Origin: Candidatus Aenigmatarchaeota archaeon
Lineage (GTDB): Archaea > Aenigmatarchaeota > Aenigmatarchaeia > Aenigmatarchaeales > JACQIB01
Direction of reading: 5' to 3'
Length of the DNA stretch: 64,000 nt
Assembly (NCBI GenBank): GCA_043799675.1
Contig: JAZDNN010000024.1
Location: forward strand, 7,418 to 71,417
The translations under genes were made by a program, and so were the position numbers. Numbering within the stretch: position 1 is the first letter of the stretch; the number at the start of each line of letters is the position of its first letter. Below, one piece after another: positions 15,317-24,949 of the stretch. Below the pieces are notes generated by a model. It had not been told where the DNA came from, did no database searches, and worked only from the letters and a program-made list of their open reading frames with translations.

Positions 15317-15563
15317 ATAAAACGCTTTAATAGCTTTGCCGGCATGCATAGAATCGTGTCCACGACAAAATCCTGCAGGAGCCGGAACAGCCCGTATTTT
15401 GGAATGATTGTGGATGCGAGTGCAAACGGAGTTTGCCTTAACAAAGAATGCCCCATATACAAAATACGTTGCGAACAGCTATACACAAGTTCTTGACCGT
15501 GATGCCGTTCTGGAGACCTGACAGGCTTTTAAGCTGGCCTCACGAAAAGCAGTCAGTGAAAAT

Positions 15564-16229
15564 ATGATCGGACAACTATTGAAAGGACTCATAGCCGATC
15601 CCGGAAACGCAATCGTTTCAGGCAAGCACGAACACAACATGAAGCAGACATGGACGTTGCTGGGCATAGAATGGGCAATTGCGGCAATATCCGTGCTGAT
15701 AGCCGGAGATGCCGTTGGCAATGCGCTAGGATCGTTTAAAAGCCTGGCCACAATGCTCGGCGGCATAGCGGCAATCGCGGTGCTGATCGGAGGCATCCTG
15801 GTGACCGTGTTCATCGCCTTCCTGCTGAAGGTCACGGTGAACGCGCTCGGAGGCAAGGGAACATACTTCGACGGACTGAGCGTCCTGGCATACATGATAT
15901 GGCCCCTGGCACTCGGCGGCCTGTTGGCATCGGTACTGCTGATGATACCCGCGCTCGGTGCCTTCCTCGCAGGATTGTCACTGGCATTCCTCGGCGTGCT
16001 CGCAGGTGCAATTGCGTTCCGCAGCATAAAGGAAATGTTCGGCGTCGATTACATAACCGCATTGATAGCGCTGGCGGTCCTAGGAATAGGACTGAACCTG
16101 GCGGCAGCCGCCGCCACTTCAGTTGCCGCGGCAACGCTCGCACTCAACTTCGTGCAAATGTTGAAATCGATGCTGGGAACGTTCCAGCTGCCGACAGGCA
16201 TGACGCTGCCTGGGATAATTCCGGGTTGA
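15564..16229 (+). CDS. polytopic membrane protein (Yip1-domain-like)
   Basis: 221 aa with 5 predicted TM helices rich in G/A/L. The resemblance to the Yip1/DUF1282 family is by eye only. Confidence 0.45.
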   Translation: MIGQLLKGLIADPGNAIVSGKHEHNMKQTWTLLGIEWAIAAISVLIAGDAVGNALGSFKSLATMLGGIAAIAVLIGGILVTVFIAFLLKVTVNALGGKGTYFDGLSVLAYMIWPLALGGLLASVLLMIPALGAFLAGLSLAFLGVLAGAIAFRSIKEMFGVDYITALIALAVLGIGLNLAAAAATSVAAATLALNFVQMLKSMLGTFQLPTGMTLPGIIPG

Positions 16230-16274
16230 ACAGAAATTCATTTTCTTTTCTTTTTCGCGGCCTAGCGGGAGCCG

Positions 16275-17591
16275 TCACTTCTTCCTTGCGCCGCCCGGAC
16301 TGGAAAACCGCCCGTCCAGCAACCGGTACCTTTTCACCACCGCATACACCGCGATTATCGTGATCAGATAGACCGCCACTGTCAGGGGCCCGATCGGGAA
16401 CTCAAGCGGCTGCTCCTGCACCGGTCCGATGGCATAGGTATGGGATGCCGTACTTGCGAATATCTTCTGTGAATCTATGGCGAATGATGCAATCAACGGC
16501 TCGCCCGTATCATAACTCCACAGAACCTCACCGTTGGAGACCGACAAACCGTAAATGTTACCGTCCTGAGAACCGGCCAGTATGAACGCATCCGTTATCG
16601 CTGGAGATGCCGTCACTGCATCGCCGGTCAGGTGACTCCATGTGATGTCGCCGTTGTCCCCGTCGAGCGCGTAAACGTAACCGTCATTGGAACCCACGTA
16701 AATCACTCCCGTCCTGTTGTCAAGAGCGATAGTCGATTCAACGGCGGAAGACATCGTCCTGCTCCATTCTACGTTACCGTTGTCCCCGTCCAGGCTGTAA
16801 ATCGCCCCTGTTCCGTCGCTTCTAACCACGCCAAAAAAAAGCATGTTCTGGGAAGACACCGTCGGCGAGGACCTTATCCGGCCGACAGCCTGCGTCCTCC
16901 AAACCAGGTCGCCGCCGGTTGCGGAGAGGGCATACATGTAGCCGTCGTCCGAGCCCGCATAGACCGTCCCGCTGTCCAGTGCGGGCGAAGACTTCACCGC
17001 GCCGCCGGTCTGGTAGGTCCATTCAACACTGCCCGCCTGCGCATCAAATGCGTACACGTTGCCGTCGTCCGAACCGATGTAGAACATGCTCCCGTCAGGC
17101 AAAGCTGACGGGTTTGAGTTGAACTGGGCGGTCGCACTTCCGGTATAATCCCAAAGCTGCTGGCCTGTATACACGTCAAGGGCCACCACGTGGGAACCTG
17201 AGCCGAAAATAAGCCTGCCGTCCAACTGCAACGGCGTGGTCTTTGTTCCTGAATAAGCGTCGCTCTGCCACACGGTCGACCAGTCGGTGTCGCTGAGCGC
17301 ATACACCCTTCCGTCGTTCGATGCCACAAAGACGTTGCCTTCGTAGACGGTATCATCGACGGTGTACCTGTACGCCGGGGAGGCCTTTTCGACGCCCACG
17401 TCCCATGTGTTCAGGTTCACGATATTACCGGACATATCGCATGTCGAGCGGCCGCTGTGGTGCCAGTTGTGCTGGAAGGAATACCACACTCCGCCGCCTC
17501 CGGCGCACGCGAACGCCTCCACTGCGCCGAAAATTACGAACGAAACGACCAGCGCAGAGAGCAAAGTTGCAATTCGAGCTGCTGACTTCAT
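16275..17591 (-). CDS. secreted PQQ-like beta-propeller repeat protein with C-terminal TM anchor
   Basis: Inner ATG at 17591 gives the signal peptide MKSAARIATLLSALVVSFVIFGAVEAFA. There are at least 7 repeats of the V(Y/F)(V/A)GS.DG.(V/M)YAL....G...W type. The C-terminus is a hydrophobic helix plus KRYR. Confidence 0.75.
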   Translation of the reverse strand: MKSAARIATLLSALVVSFVIFGAVEAFACAGGGGVWYSFQHNWHHSGRSTCDMSGNIVNLNTWDVGVEKASPAYRYTVDDTVYEGNVFVASNDGRVYALSDTDWSTVWQSDAYSGTKTTPLQLDGRLIFGSGSHVVALDVYTGQQLWDYTGSATAQFNSNPSALPDGSMFYIGSDDGNVYAFDAQAGSVEWTYQTGGAVKSSPALDSGTVYAGSDDGYMYALSATGGDLVWRTQAVGRIRSSPTVSSQNMLFFGVVRSDGTGAIYSLDGDNGNVEWSRTMSSAVESTIALDNRTGVIYVGSNDGYVYALDGDNGDITWSHLTGDAVTASPAITDAFILAGSQDGNIYGLSVSNGEVLWSYDTGEPLIASFAIDSQKIFASTASHTYAIGPVQEQPLEFPIGPLTVAVYLITIIAVYAVVKRYRLLDGRFSSPGGARKK

Positions 17592-17688
17592 GGTCAGAAT
17601 ACGGACATTCTTACTTAAAAAACAATCGGTAATTTCTGCCTTAAAAATGTCCGACTTTTTTTTAAAGGTTGCGGTACCAATCAGAAGC

Positions 17689-18927
17689 ATGGTTTTAACC
17701 AAGTACGACCGCGGACTGCTGGAAATGATGTACCTGCTCACGAGGAAGCAGAGCCACATGAACCCTTCGGGGGTGGCAAGATACCTTTCCGAGCAGGGCA
17801 TACGGGTGACGGACAGGACAGTGAGGAGATGGTTCAACTACCTCCAGACGCACCGTTTCGACTACTTCCCGTACCCGAAATTCAAGGCGATGGGCCTCAC
17901 TCCCGTGTGGGTTTTCACGGATTTCAACGAAAAAATACTTGAAGCGATTCCACACAAGGTGGCAATAGTAAGCGGATTCGACCTCAGGAACCTCGAGAAA
18001 CGCCTGCTGGGCCTTTACTTGGTTCCGACGGAGCGGCTGAAGGATTTCAGTAAATTGTGGGCGGATGCCGTGGACGCAAAGGCGTTGAGCTTCTGCCAGC
18101 TGCTTGAAGTGGGCTCAATCAACTCCTTCTATTCGCCCTTCCACAAGCTGGTTGACCGTAACGGCATCGCCGACTTCGTGGATGACCACGAGCCGGACAA
18201 TTCCTACTTCACGGACATGCTGCGGAAGAGCACCGGCACGGAAAGCAGTGCCGGGATGAGCCCGCGCATATGCAAAAACCCGCTGATAATCCCGGTAATA
18301 TGGGAATCGTTCAGGAAGAACGCGTCGTCGCAGAAGATATGGAACTCGTTCGAAAGGAGGGCGGGTAAAGCCGCATGGGATTACATAAACAACCCGAAGG
18401 TGAGGAGAGAAAAGAAGACCGGATGCGGGATAAGGCACGTGCAGAACACCATGAGGGAGATGCAGGACAATTTCGGCGAGTTCTTCCAGCAGATGAGAGT
18501 GTCATACAATCCCCTGTACACGCACCACAACAGCATGTTCTATATGCTGCTGAAGCTGAAAAGAAGGGAAGACATCGTGCCGCTCTCGGAACTGCTCTCC
18601 AAACAGGCAATCTCAATCGTGGCGTACCCGCCCAGGGACGCGAAGAGCAGCCTGATGATGTACTACATCCTCACCAATGCCAAGGAAAGCGTCAATATCA
18701 TCAGCGACCTCATACAACCGTACATCGACAAGTCGTTCGACAACAGGATAATCACGGAGGACTTCAAGGGAACGGCGAAATACAGGAACCCGAACATGCG
18801 TCACTGGAAGGAGAACTACATGATGTCCTGCTACCACAAGCTGTTTGACCCCGTGACATGCACGTGGAAGTTCGATACCAAGGCGTACGCCAAAAAGCTG
18901 AACGCTGCCGGCATCAGACAGGGCTGA
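17689..18927 (+). CDS. hypothetical protein with N-terminal winged-helix/HTH
   Basis: Start taken at MVLTKYDRGLLEMMYLL (an alternative ATG lies at 17647). The N-terminal HTH is GVARYLSEQGIRVTDRTVRRWFNYL. The remaining 370 aa or so are unrecognised. Confidence 0.5.
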   Translation: MVLTKYDRGLLEMMYLLTRKQSHMNPSGVARYLSEQGIRVTDRTVRRWFNYLQTHRFDYFPYPKFKAMGLTPVWVFTDFNEKILEAIPHKVAIVSGFDLRNLEKRLLGLYLVPTERLKDFSKLWADAVDAKALSFCQLLEVGSINSFYSPFHKLVDRNGIADFVDDHEPDNSYFTDMLRKSTGTESSAGMSPRICKNPLIIPVIWESFRKNASSQKIWNSFERRAGKAAWDYINNPKVRREKKTGCGIRHVQNTMREMQDNFGEFFQQMRVSYNPLYTHHNSMFYMLLKLKRREDIVPLSELLSKQAISIVAYPPRDAKSSLMMYYILTNAKESVNIISDLIQPYIDKSFDNRIITEDFKGTAKYRNPNMRHWKENYMMSCYHKLFDPVTCTWKFDTKAYAKKLNAAGIRQG

Positions 18928-20335
18928 TGTTCTTCTCCAGCAGCTTGCAGATGAAGACGCGGAAATCCGGAGGAAGTTTTGATAGCATTGTGATAACCGG
19001 GGCACCGCTGGCAACGGTTGATTTCAAAAGGGCAGATGCTATGTGGCTCGGCATTCCTTTGCCCAAAAGAACATGCTCGGGCTGCGCAAAGAACGATTTC
19101 AGGTAATCCAGGGCGACCGTGTGTTCCCTCTCCGTTTCGGTGACCCAGCAGTCCTTCTCTATCCAGCACTTCTTCTCCCTGTAATGCTCCAAAAAGGCCT
19201 TTGCCTGCTTGTGCGACCAGATGGTCGGGCCGACGTGCTTCACCACCCGAGGAACCTGCCACACCTCGAGCTCGAACAGCAGGATGCAATCCTTTCCGTC
19301 CGCCCACACGTCCCTCCTGAGCACGCGGAATCCGCCGTCCGCCAGGAGACCTTCCAGGGAAGCGGAGGCCTTCCGCATCTGCGGCCACAGGGTATCATCC
19401 ACCAGATTCATCGGACGGTCGAACCTGACAAGGTACCAGCGGGTGCGCCTCCTTGCTATGGCTGCAGCCACTTCCTTCACGCTGTACGGCCTGGCGCGGG
19501 GAGGGAAGAACCACTTCTGATGGGGCAACAAAATGAAATCCCTGCACGCCCTGGCAAAAGCAAAGAAGCTGTCTGCCGAGACCGCCGCGGCAACGTTGCG
19601 GTTCGGGTCCACCGGATCTATCACCATCATGGGGGCGCGGAACTTCTCCAAAGCGGCCTGATAATCAACGGCCTTCCGCTCAAGGTCTATCAGGAGGCCT
19701 GCCTCCCATTTCTGCGCCTCGGCCGCGCAGCGGGCAAAACTGCCGTAATGAATGGCAAGCAACTCGCAAAGGTAGCCGGAGAAGCCCTGCGTCTTCACGT
19801 CGGCGCCATAAGCTCCTGCAGCTTTTGCGAAAGCCTTGATGAGCCTCGCGGTGTCGGACAGGTCCGGAGTGAAACGCTTCTTGATATAGGAAACGTGGTG
19901 CGGGGTCCTATCGACCGCGGACTTTATCCTCGACGGATCGGGAACGTCATACGCGGGCACGACGTCTATCGCATAATCCAGCTTTCCCGACTTCATCGAG
20001 CCGCGGAGGTAGGGATGCTCGGCATAGGCTATCTCCCACTTGCCGTTGAGGGTGGAAATTATCTTCTTCGCGAGGTCAAGCCCCTTCTTCTCAAACTCTT
20101 CCCGGCTGACGGCGGGATTGAAAAGCAGGAACAGGTCGAACTCGCGCTTTCCGGCAAGCCAGGTGCCCTTCTCCACCGAGCCGCACATCACGGGCACGGC
20201 CGTGTTTCCCGCTATCTTTGAGGCGACCTGCATCACGGCATTCACGGCCGATTGCATGGCTGACTGGTCGGAAGCGGAGGGGCGTATTTTCTTCAGAACG
20301 GAAGTAAGGACCTTCTCAACCGGCTGCGCTGGCAT
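18914..20335 (-). CDS. cca: class I (archaeal) CCA-adding tRNA nucleotidyltransferase
   Basis: Inner ATG at 20335 gives 473 aa. It has GSVEKGTWLAGKREFDLFLLF (the nucleotidyltransferase G[SG]...D.D motif), EHPYLRG, VDVVPAY and DRTPHHV. Confidence 0.85.
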   Translation of the reverse strand: MPAQPVEKVLTSVLKKIRPSASDQSAMQSAVNAVMQVASKIAGNTAVPVMCGSVEKGTWLAGKREFDLFLLFNPAVSREEFEKKGLDLAKKIISTLNGKWEIAYAEHPYLRGSMKSGKLDYAIDVVPAYDVPDPSRIKSAVDRTPHHVSYIKKRFTPDLSDTARLIKAFAKAAGAYGADVKTQGFSGYLCELLAIHYGSFARCAAEAQKWEAGLLIDLERKAVDYQAALEKFRAPMMVIDPVDPNRNVAAAVSADSFFAFARACRDFILLPHQKWFFPPRARPYSVKEVAAAIARRRTRWYLVRFDRPMNLVDDTLWPQMRKASASLEGLLADGGFRVLRRDVWADGKDCILLFELEVWQVPRVVKHVGPTIWSHKQAKAFLEHYREKKCWIEKDCWVTETEREHTVALDYLKSFFAQPEHVLLGKGMPSHIASALLKSTVASGAPVITMLSKLPPDFRVFICKLLEKNISPV

Positions 20336-20381
20336 ACCTTTAATTGACAGCCTATAAATAAAGGCTAAGGAAAGATTCGGT

Positions 20382-20813
20382 ATGCTGGTCTCGGAAGTGA
20401 TGAACAAGCGGGTCAGGACCTGCCGGAAGGACGACACTGTCCGCCAGGCAGCGCAGGAAATGAACAAGTGGCACATAGGGAGCCTGATCGTGGTGGACGG
20501 CCCGGGAAAGGTCATAGGAATAATAACGGAGAGGGACATCCTGACCGAAGTGGTGGCCAAAGGCCTGCGGAGCGATGACGTGGATGTCAAGGAAATAATG
20601 ACCGGAGACGTGATAGAGGTCGAGTCCAGTGCCACCCTTGAGGATGCGGCCGAGATAATGACACTTAAAAAAATAAAGAAGCTGCCGGTGGTGAGGAAGG
20701 GGCAACTGGTCGGCATCGTGACGGCGACCGACCTGATAATGTACGAGCATTCGCTGATAGAAAAAGTGTCAACCCTGCTGCAGACCGGAAAAAAGGCCGC
20801 TGTGTGCGGCTAA
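20382..20813 (+). CDS. CBS-domain pair protein
   Basis: 143 aa with two CBS motifs (VIGIITERDIL and LVGIVTATDLI). Confidence 0.8.
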   Translation: MLVSEVMNKRVRTCRKDDTVRQAAQEMNKWHIGSLIVVDGPGKVIGIITERDILTEVVAKGLRSDDVDVKEIMTGDVIEVESSATLEDAAEIMTLKKIKKLPVVRKGQLVGIVTATDLIMYEHSLIEKVSTLLQTGKKAAVCG

Positions 20814-21511
20814 GCTGAAATCACTTTCTCGTCCGGATAGACCTCGATGCCCCTGCTGGTGATTTCCGCGGCGACTATGCTCCTGTCATGGCTTGTCCCG
20901 CGCATCTTCCTGACGGCGATCGCGTGGCGGAAGTAATTTTCAAACCGTATCTCCATGATGCTTATGACCCCGTCGGCAACGAACTCCTCGAACCCCCACG
21001 TGCTCAGTTCGTCGCGGCCGTGCGATTCGCTGGTGAGGATGCCGGTGCAGCCCAGGCTGCTTATCGCATTGGAAAGATCGAGCAGAGCCTCGCGGCGCTG
21101 TGCGGGCGTTTCTATCATGGAAAGCATTCCGTTTATGCTGTCGAAGGCGACGCGCTTGGCCCTGTTCGCCCTCACCACTTCCCCTATCTCCGCGATTATG
21201 TCCTGCCAGTTGGCCTTCACCTTCCGCCTCCAGTGCTCGAGTTCGGCGGCGTTGCCGCCGAGCATGGTGAAGCCCCTCAGGTCTATTCCCACGCCCTGAA
21301 GGTCGGCCTTGAGCTTCTCCCTGTCCTCCTCCATCGTTATGAAGACGCCCGGTTCGCCGTGCCTGACGCCGGCCTCGATGAAATGCGCGGCAAGCGTGGT
21401 CTTTCCGGTGCCCGCGGGCCCGGTAACAAGGACTATCTTCCCGGCCGGTATTCCGCCATTAAGCATCTTGTCCAAACCGCGGACTCCCGTGCTCACTCTT
21501 TGCATGCTCAT
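20810..21511 (-). CDS. KaiC-like RecA-superfamily ATPase
   Basis: 233 aa. It has VSTGVRGLDKMLNGGIPAGKIVLVTGPAGTGKTT (Walker A), a Walker B region and the single-KaiC-domain architecture. Confidence 0.8.
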   Translation of the reverse strand: MSMQRVSTGVRGLDKMLNGGIPAGKIVLVTGPAGTGKTTLAAHFIEAGVRHGEPGVFITMEEDREKLKADLQGVGIDLRGFTMLGGNAAELEHWRRKVKANWQDIIAEIGEVVRANRAKRVAFDSINGMLSMIETPAQRREALLDLSNAISSLGCTGILTSESHGRDELSTWGFEEFVADGVISIMEIRFENYFRHAIAVRKMRGTSHDRSIVAAEITSRGIEVYPDEKVISA

Positions 21512-22041
21512 ACATGTATCTTCCTATTTGTAAAGGTTGCGCTTGCCCCCGCAATGAAGCCCGCAAGGTGAAAAACGTCGGACCTGACCGCAATCATCCG
21601 GCCCGCCTCGAAGCTGTTCACCACCGAAACGCCGAAGATGAACATCACGACCATGGGATATGAGAACTTGACAGGTATCATCCCCCTTGCGCGGTCCAGC
21701 GAGACCGCAAGTGCGCCGAATATCGCGGTGCTGTTTCCGGCTATCACCGCCCCGGGGAAGAAGAACAGCAGCGGGACTGCTATGAAAGCGCCCAGCGCAT
21801 AGGCTGTCATGAACCTTGTCGGATTGATATCGAGTTCGATTGCGAGGGCGGCGGTGAGCAGGAGACCCATCAGATTCTCAATCAGGTGATAGACGTTGAA
21901 GTGGGCGAACGGGAACAGCAGGAGGGCCTGCGGATGAAAGTTGGTGAACGAAAGGGATATATCGTCAATGGGTATGGTCAGGAAGGCGAAAACGTTCATT
22001 ACCGCCATGGCTGCTGCGAAAAGGGCTATCAGATTCACCAC
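21508..22041 (-). CDS. rhomboid-family intramembrane serine protease
   Basis: 177 aa and polytopic. It has YHLIENL (H..xN), AGNSTAIFG (GxSxxxxG with the catalytic Ser) and FHLAGFIAG (catalytic His). Confidence 0.65.
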   Translation of the reverse strand: MVNLIALFAAAMAVMNVFAFLTIPIDDISLSFTNFHPQALLLFPFAHFNVYHLIENLMGLLLTAALAIELDINPTRFMTAYALGAFIAVPLLFFFPGAVIAGNSTAIFGALAVSLDRARGMIPVKFSYPMVVMFIFGVSVVNSFEAGRMIAVRSDVFHLAGFIAGASATFTNRKIHV

Positions 22042-22045
22042 GGGT

Positions 22046-22189
22046 TCAATCCTCCAGCGCCTTCTTTATCCGTTCATAACGCAGGACGGAGTGGCGGAGC
22101 TTGTTCTTCTGATACCTGATGAACAGAAGAAGCACCATCGCCAGGACCGCACCGCCGAGACCGAATTCAAGCAGCATGGGTGATATCAT
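22046..22189 (-). CDS. small membrane protein (47 aa)
   Basis: MISPMLLEFGLGGAVLAMVLLLFIRYQK... Its start overlaps the upstream stop as ATGA. Short, so confidence is low. Confidence 0.3.
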   Translation of the reverse strand: MISPMLLEFGLGGAVLAMVLLLFIRYQKNKLRHSVLRYERIKKALED

Positions 22190-22419
22190 CGCATCTTCCT
22201 CCTCTTCACAAACAGGAAAATCATGAGCAGCATACCCAGCAGCGGGATTCCCGCCGCCCCGATACCCAGTTCCACGGTCTGGCCGTTGGCGGTCACCACC
22301 GGTATGAGCGGGACGTTGAAGGCCGCAGCGTTTATCACGAATACAGCAAGAATTGCGGCAAGCCCTGTCAGGAACGGACTGTCGAACGCCCTTGACTTTG
22401 AGCGCTTTTGCATCCTCAT
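22186..22419 (-). CDS. small membrane protein (77 aa) with C-terminal TM plus basic tail
   Basis: Two hydrophobic helices. The C-terminus GIPLLGMLLMIFLFVKRRKMR resembles a sorting-signal-like anchor. Confidence 0.35.
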   Translation of the reverse strand: MRMQKRSKSRAFDSPFLTGLAAILAVFVINAAAFNVPLIPVVTANGQTVELGIGAAGIPLLGMLLMIFLFVKRRKMR

Positions 22420-22518
22420 CCTTGTCAGAAATCATATTTAAACCTAGACCAATGGGCTCCGGACTATCCTTCCTGACGTTAACGTATCGGATAAATCCAG
22501 CATCGTATAACAGGTTGC

Positions 22519-22911
22519 ATGCAGATTGCGTGGAGGATAGCTCTCATCCTCCTGACCGGGTTCAGCTTCATCCTGATGCACGAGCTCGGACACTGGACGG
22601 TCGCGGAAGCGTTCTCACTCGACCCCCAATTCGTGCTCGGAGGGGCCAACAGCGGCATACTCGGACTGGCGGTGGGAGTGATGCACAATCCCGCATCGGC
22701 GGGGGAACAAACGATGATAATCCTGGGCGCGACCCTGCTGCCGATGCTGGTGGTGGTTGCGGCCGCCGGGGCGGCCCATTTCACCGGAAGCGAGACAGCC
22801 GTGATGGTCGCCGAGATATACCTCCTCCTTATAGTGGTAAACCTCGTACCGATACCGGGCGTCGGGCAGCTTGATTCGAACAGGCTGATGGCCGCGGTAC
22901 TGCCGCCCTGA
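22519..22911 (+). CDS. small membrane zinc metalloprotease (M50/S2P-like)
   Basis: 130 aa with HELGH in the first TM segment and NLVPIPGVGQLDSNR resembling the NxxPxxxLDG motif of site-2 proteases. Confidence 0.55.
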   Translation: MQIAWRIALILLTGFSFILMHELGHWTVAEAFSLDPQFVLGGANSGILGLAVGVMHNPASAGEQTMIILGATLLPMLVVVAAAGAAHFTGSETAVMVAEIYLLLIVVNLVPIPGVGQLDSNRLMAAVLPP

Positions 22912-22922
22912 AGCATAAATAA

Positions 22923-23396
22923 ATGTGCATGATGCTAGTGATTGTCATGCGAATCGTTTTGCCTTTGGCTTTACTGCTGATGGTCCCGGCGGCCGCATTT
23001 GCCGGTGCCGGCGCGCAGGCGACGGCAACTGTGTACGTGTACACCCCTCCGCAGATGATGGTGCAGATAAGCGAGAATTCTTCCGGCCTCACGTGCGGCT
23101 GGACCATCACCGACCCCGATGTAGGCGACACGTTCAGCTCTACTGCGGAATGGTCCGTTGACGGGAAGCAGATGCCCGAGCTGAGCTCCGAAGTCAACGA
23201 CTGCGTTGCAGGAAAGGCGTGTCATTCTCCCTTGCTTTCACCCGCAAAGGAGGATGAGGAATGGACATGCAAGGTAAAGGTGACCGACAGCTACGGGGCC
23301 GTCGGAAACGGGGAAACGAGTTACACCATCGTCCCGCTGGGATTCTTCGGCGGACTTTTCAAGGAAATCGCATGCAACTGGTTCAAGTGGTGCTGA
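22923..23396 (+). CDS. secreted hypothetical protein
   Basis: 157 aa with the signal peptide MRIVLPLALLLMVPAAAFAGAGA and a Cys-containing mature part. No family recognised. Confidence 0.45.
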   Translation: MCMMLVIVMRIVLPLALLLMVPAAAFAGAGAQATATVYVYTPPQMMVQISENSSGLTCGWTITDPDVGDTFSSTAEWSVDGKQMPELSSEVNDCVAGKACHSPLLSPAKEDEEWTCKVKVTDSYGAVGNGETSYTIVPLGFFGGLFKEIACNWFKWC

Positions 23397-23466
23397 AATA
23401 ATCCGGCAACAAGGACCGGCGGCAAAAACGAAAGTATATATTCAACCTCTCCACTCTTTGCCCTAT

Positions 23467-23868
23467 ATGGCGACGACCAAGGTGGCAATCAAGACCCTGA
23501 AGAACGGGAAGTTCTGCATGATTGACGGGGAGCCGTGCAAGGTCCAGAACCTTTCCACGTCGGTCCCGGGCAAGCACGGCGGAGCGAAGGCCAGGCTGGA
23601 TGCTGTCGGTCTCTTTGACAACCGGCACCGCTCGATAGTCAAACCGGCGGACACGGAGATAGAGGTCCCCATCGTTGAGAAGAAGACGGCGCAGGTGGTG
23701 GCCGTCAACCCGCCGAACGTCCAGCTGATGGACCTGGAGACCTACGAGACGTTCGATGCAATAATCACCGATGAGCTGAAGGACAAGCTCCAGACCGGGA
23801 TGGAAATCAACTACTGGGACATCGAAGGCAGGAAGATGCTCATCGGAATCCGCGCGGAAAAGGAATGA
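23467..23868 (+). CDS. eif5a: translation initiation factor 5A (aIF5A)
   Basis: ATG at 23467. The hypusine loop STSVPGKHGGAKARL and a C-terminal OB-fold region are present. Confidence 0.9.
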   Translation: MATTKVAIKTLKNGKFCMIDGEPCKVQNLSTSVPGKHGGAKARLDAVGLFDNRHRSIVKPADTEIEVPIVEKKTAQVVAVNPPNVQLMDLETYETFDAIITDELKDKLQTGMEINYWDIEGRKMLIGIRAEKE

Positions 23869-23877
23869 TTACAGACC

Positions 23878-24165
23878 TCAATCGATCGTTCTCTGGACGG
23901 GACCTTTCTTCAGCCTTCCGTAAAGCGTGCCAAGGCCGCCCTCACTGAACATGTATTCCCATCTGCCTTCGCACGGGACCATCTCCGCCTCGCTGCCCTT
24001 TATCATTTCCTTCAGCAGGTCCCTGACGATGCGCGGGGGCGCCCGGAGCGTCAGAACGACCTGCTCAAAGGAGTAAGGACCGGACTGCGGAAGCTCCCCT
24101 GTCGGGTCCTCGGCGAAGGCGTATATGCACCTGAGGGCGTTCGTGATGTCGATTGGTCCGGTCAT
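23878..24165 (-). CDS. hypothetical protein (95 aa)
   Basis: Clean ORF with an ATG start, convergent with eif5a. No family recognised. Confidence 0.4.
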   Translation of the reverse strand: MTGPIDITNALRCIYAFAEDPTGELPQSGPYSFEQVVLTLRAPPRIVRDLLKEMIKGSEAEMVPCEGRWEYMFSEGGLGTLYGRLKKGPVQRTID

Positions 24166-24195
24166 TCAATCGCTGGGAATTGCCCGAAAACGGAT

Positions 24196-24405
24196 TTAAG
24201 CCTTCTGCTTGCCGCTGGCTGAGAAGACGTCTTCTGCTGTGATCGTCTTTCGGCCTGCGCGTCTGGCTGCCAATGCCGCATCCAACGCAAGCTCAAAACC
24301 TATCTCATCGACCGCTTTCTGGAGCGCCTTTAATGCTTCGGGGGAAATCTTCTCCACCCCGGCGTTCTTCACGATTTTTTCCATGGATTCGACCGGCAGA
24401 GGCAT
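24196..24405 (-). CDS. archaeal histone (HMf-like histone fold)
   Basis: 69 aa: LPVESMEKIVKNAGVEKISPEALKALQKAVDEIGFELALDAALAARRAGRKTITAEDV, which matches the archaeal histone pattern (...RIIK.AGAERVS..A...L...LEE....I...A...A.HAGRKTI..EDI). Confidence 0.8.
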   Translation of the reverse strand: MPLPVESMEKIVKNAGVEKISPEALKALQKAVDEIGFELALDAALAARRAGRKTITAEDVFSASGKQKA

Positions 24406-24440
24406 TCGGTTTATAAGCCGCTTAACTAAATAAAGACACT

Positions 24441-24842
24441 ATGGCACGTGCGAAGCGCAAGGCAAGGCATGCCGGGAGAACTGTGCAGGGGAAGCGGAAG
24501 GCTGCCGTCAGGGAGCCGACCGTGCAAAGGGTCTCGTTTTCAACCGCGGGGCGGGACGCGCAACTGCGCATGCTGAGGGAGAAGTTCAAGGAAGAGCTTG
24601 GGGAGATAATGAACACGGCGGCGCAAAAACGGAAGAAGGCAAAATCCAAGCAGCTCCAGCAGATAATCCTTTGGGAAATGGACCAGATACGGCACGCGGA
24701 CGCGAAGTACAGGACCGCCATTGACAGGTTGACAAAGGACGTGCCGGCAGGCGACGAGGAGCAGCGGAAGAACGCCCCGATGTTCAACGAATCTAAGACG
24801 GACAAGAGGCCCGCCCCGAAGGAACAGAAGATGGCCGACTAG
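24441..24842 (+). CDS. hypothetical highly basic protein (133 aa)
   Basis: K/R-rich and predicted helical. No family recognised. Confidence 0.4.
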   Translation: MARAKRKARHAGRTVQGKRKAAVREPTVQRVSFSTAGRDAQLRMLREKFKEELGEIMNTAAQKRKKAKSKQLQQIILWEMDQIRHADAKYRTAIDRLTKDVPAGDEEQRKNAPMFNESKTDKRPAPKEQKMAD

Positions 24843-24903
24843 CTGAAAACAATTGCCTTTTGGCGGGAAAGCATAAGCTTAAAAGGGTTAACGGAGGATA
24901 GCG

Positions 24904-24911
24904 TTTTATAA
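24904..24911 (+). promoter_or_regulatory. TATA-box-like element upstream of tfb
   Basis: TTTTATAA lies about 40 nt upstream of the tfb ATG (24950). This matches archaeal TATA consensus and placement only. Confidence 0.3.
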
Positions 24912-24949
24912 GTTTGTATTTTCGCTTCACTACATTAGGGTAGCTAACT

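Noticed and set aside
19043-20221. 392-aa plus-strand ORF
   Set aside because: It is antisense to the CCA-adding enzyme gene. Shadow ORF.
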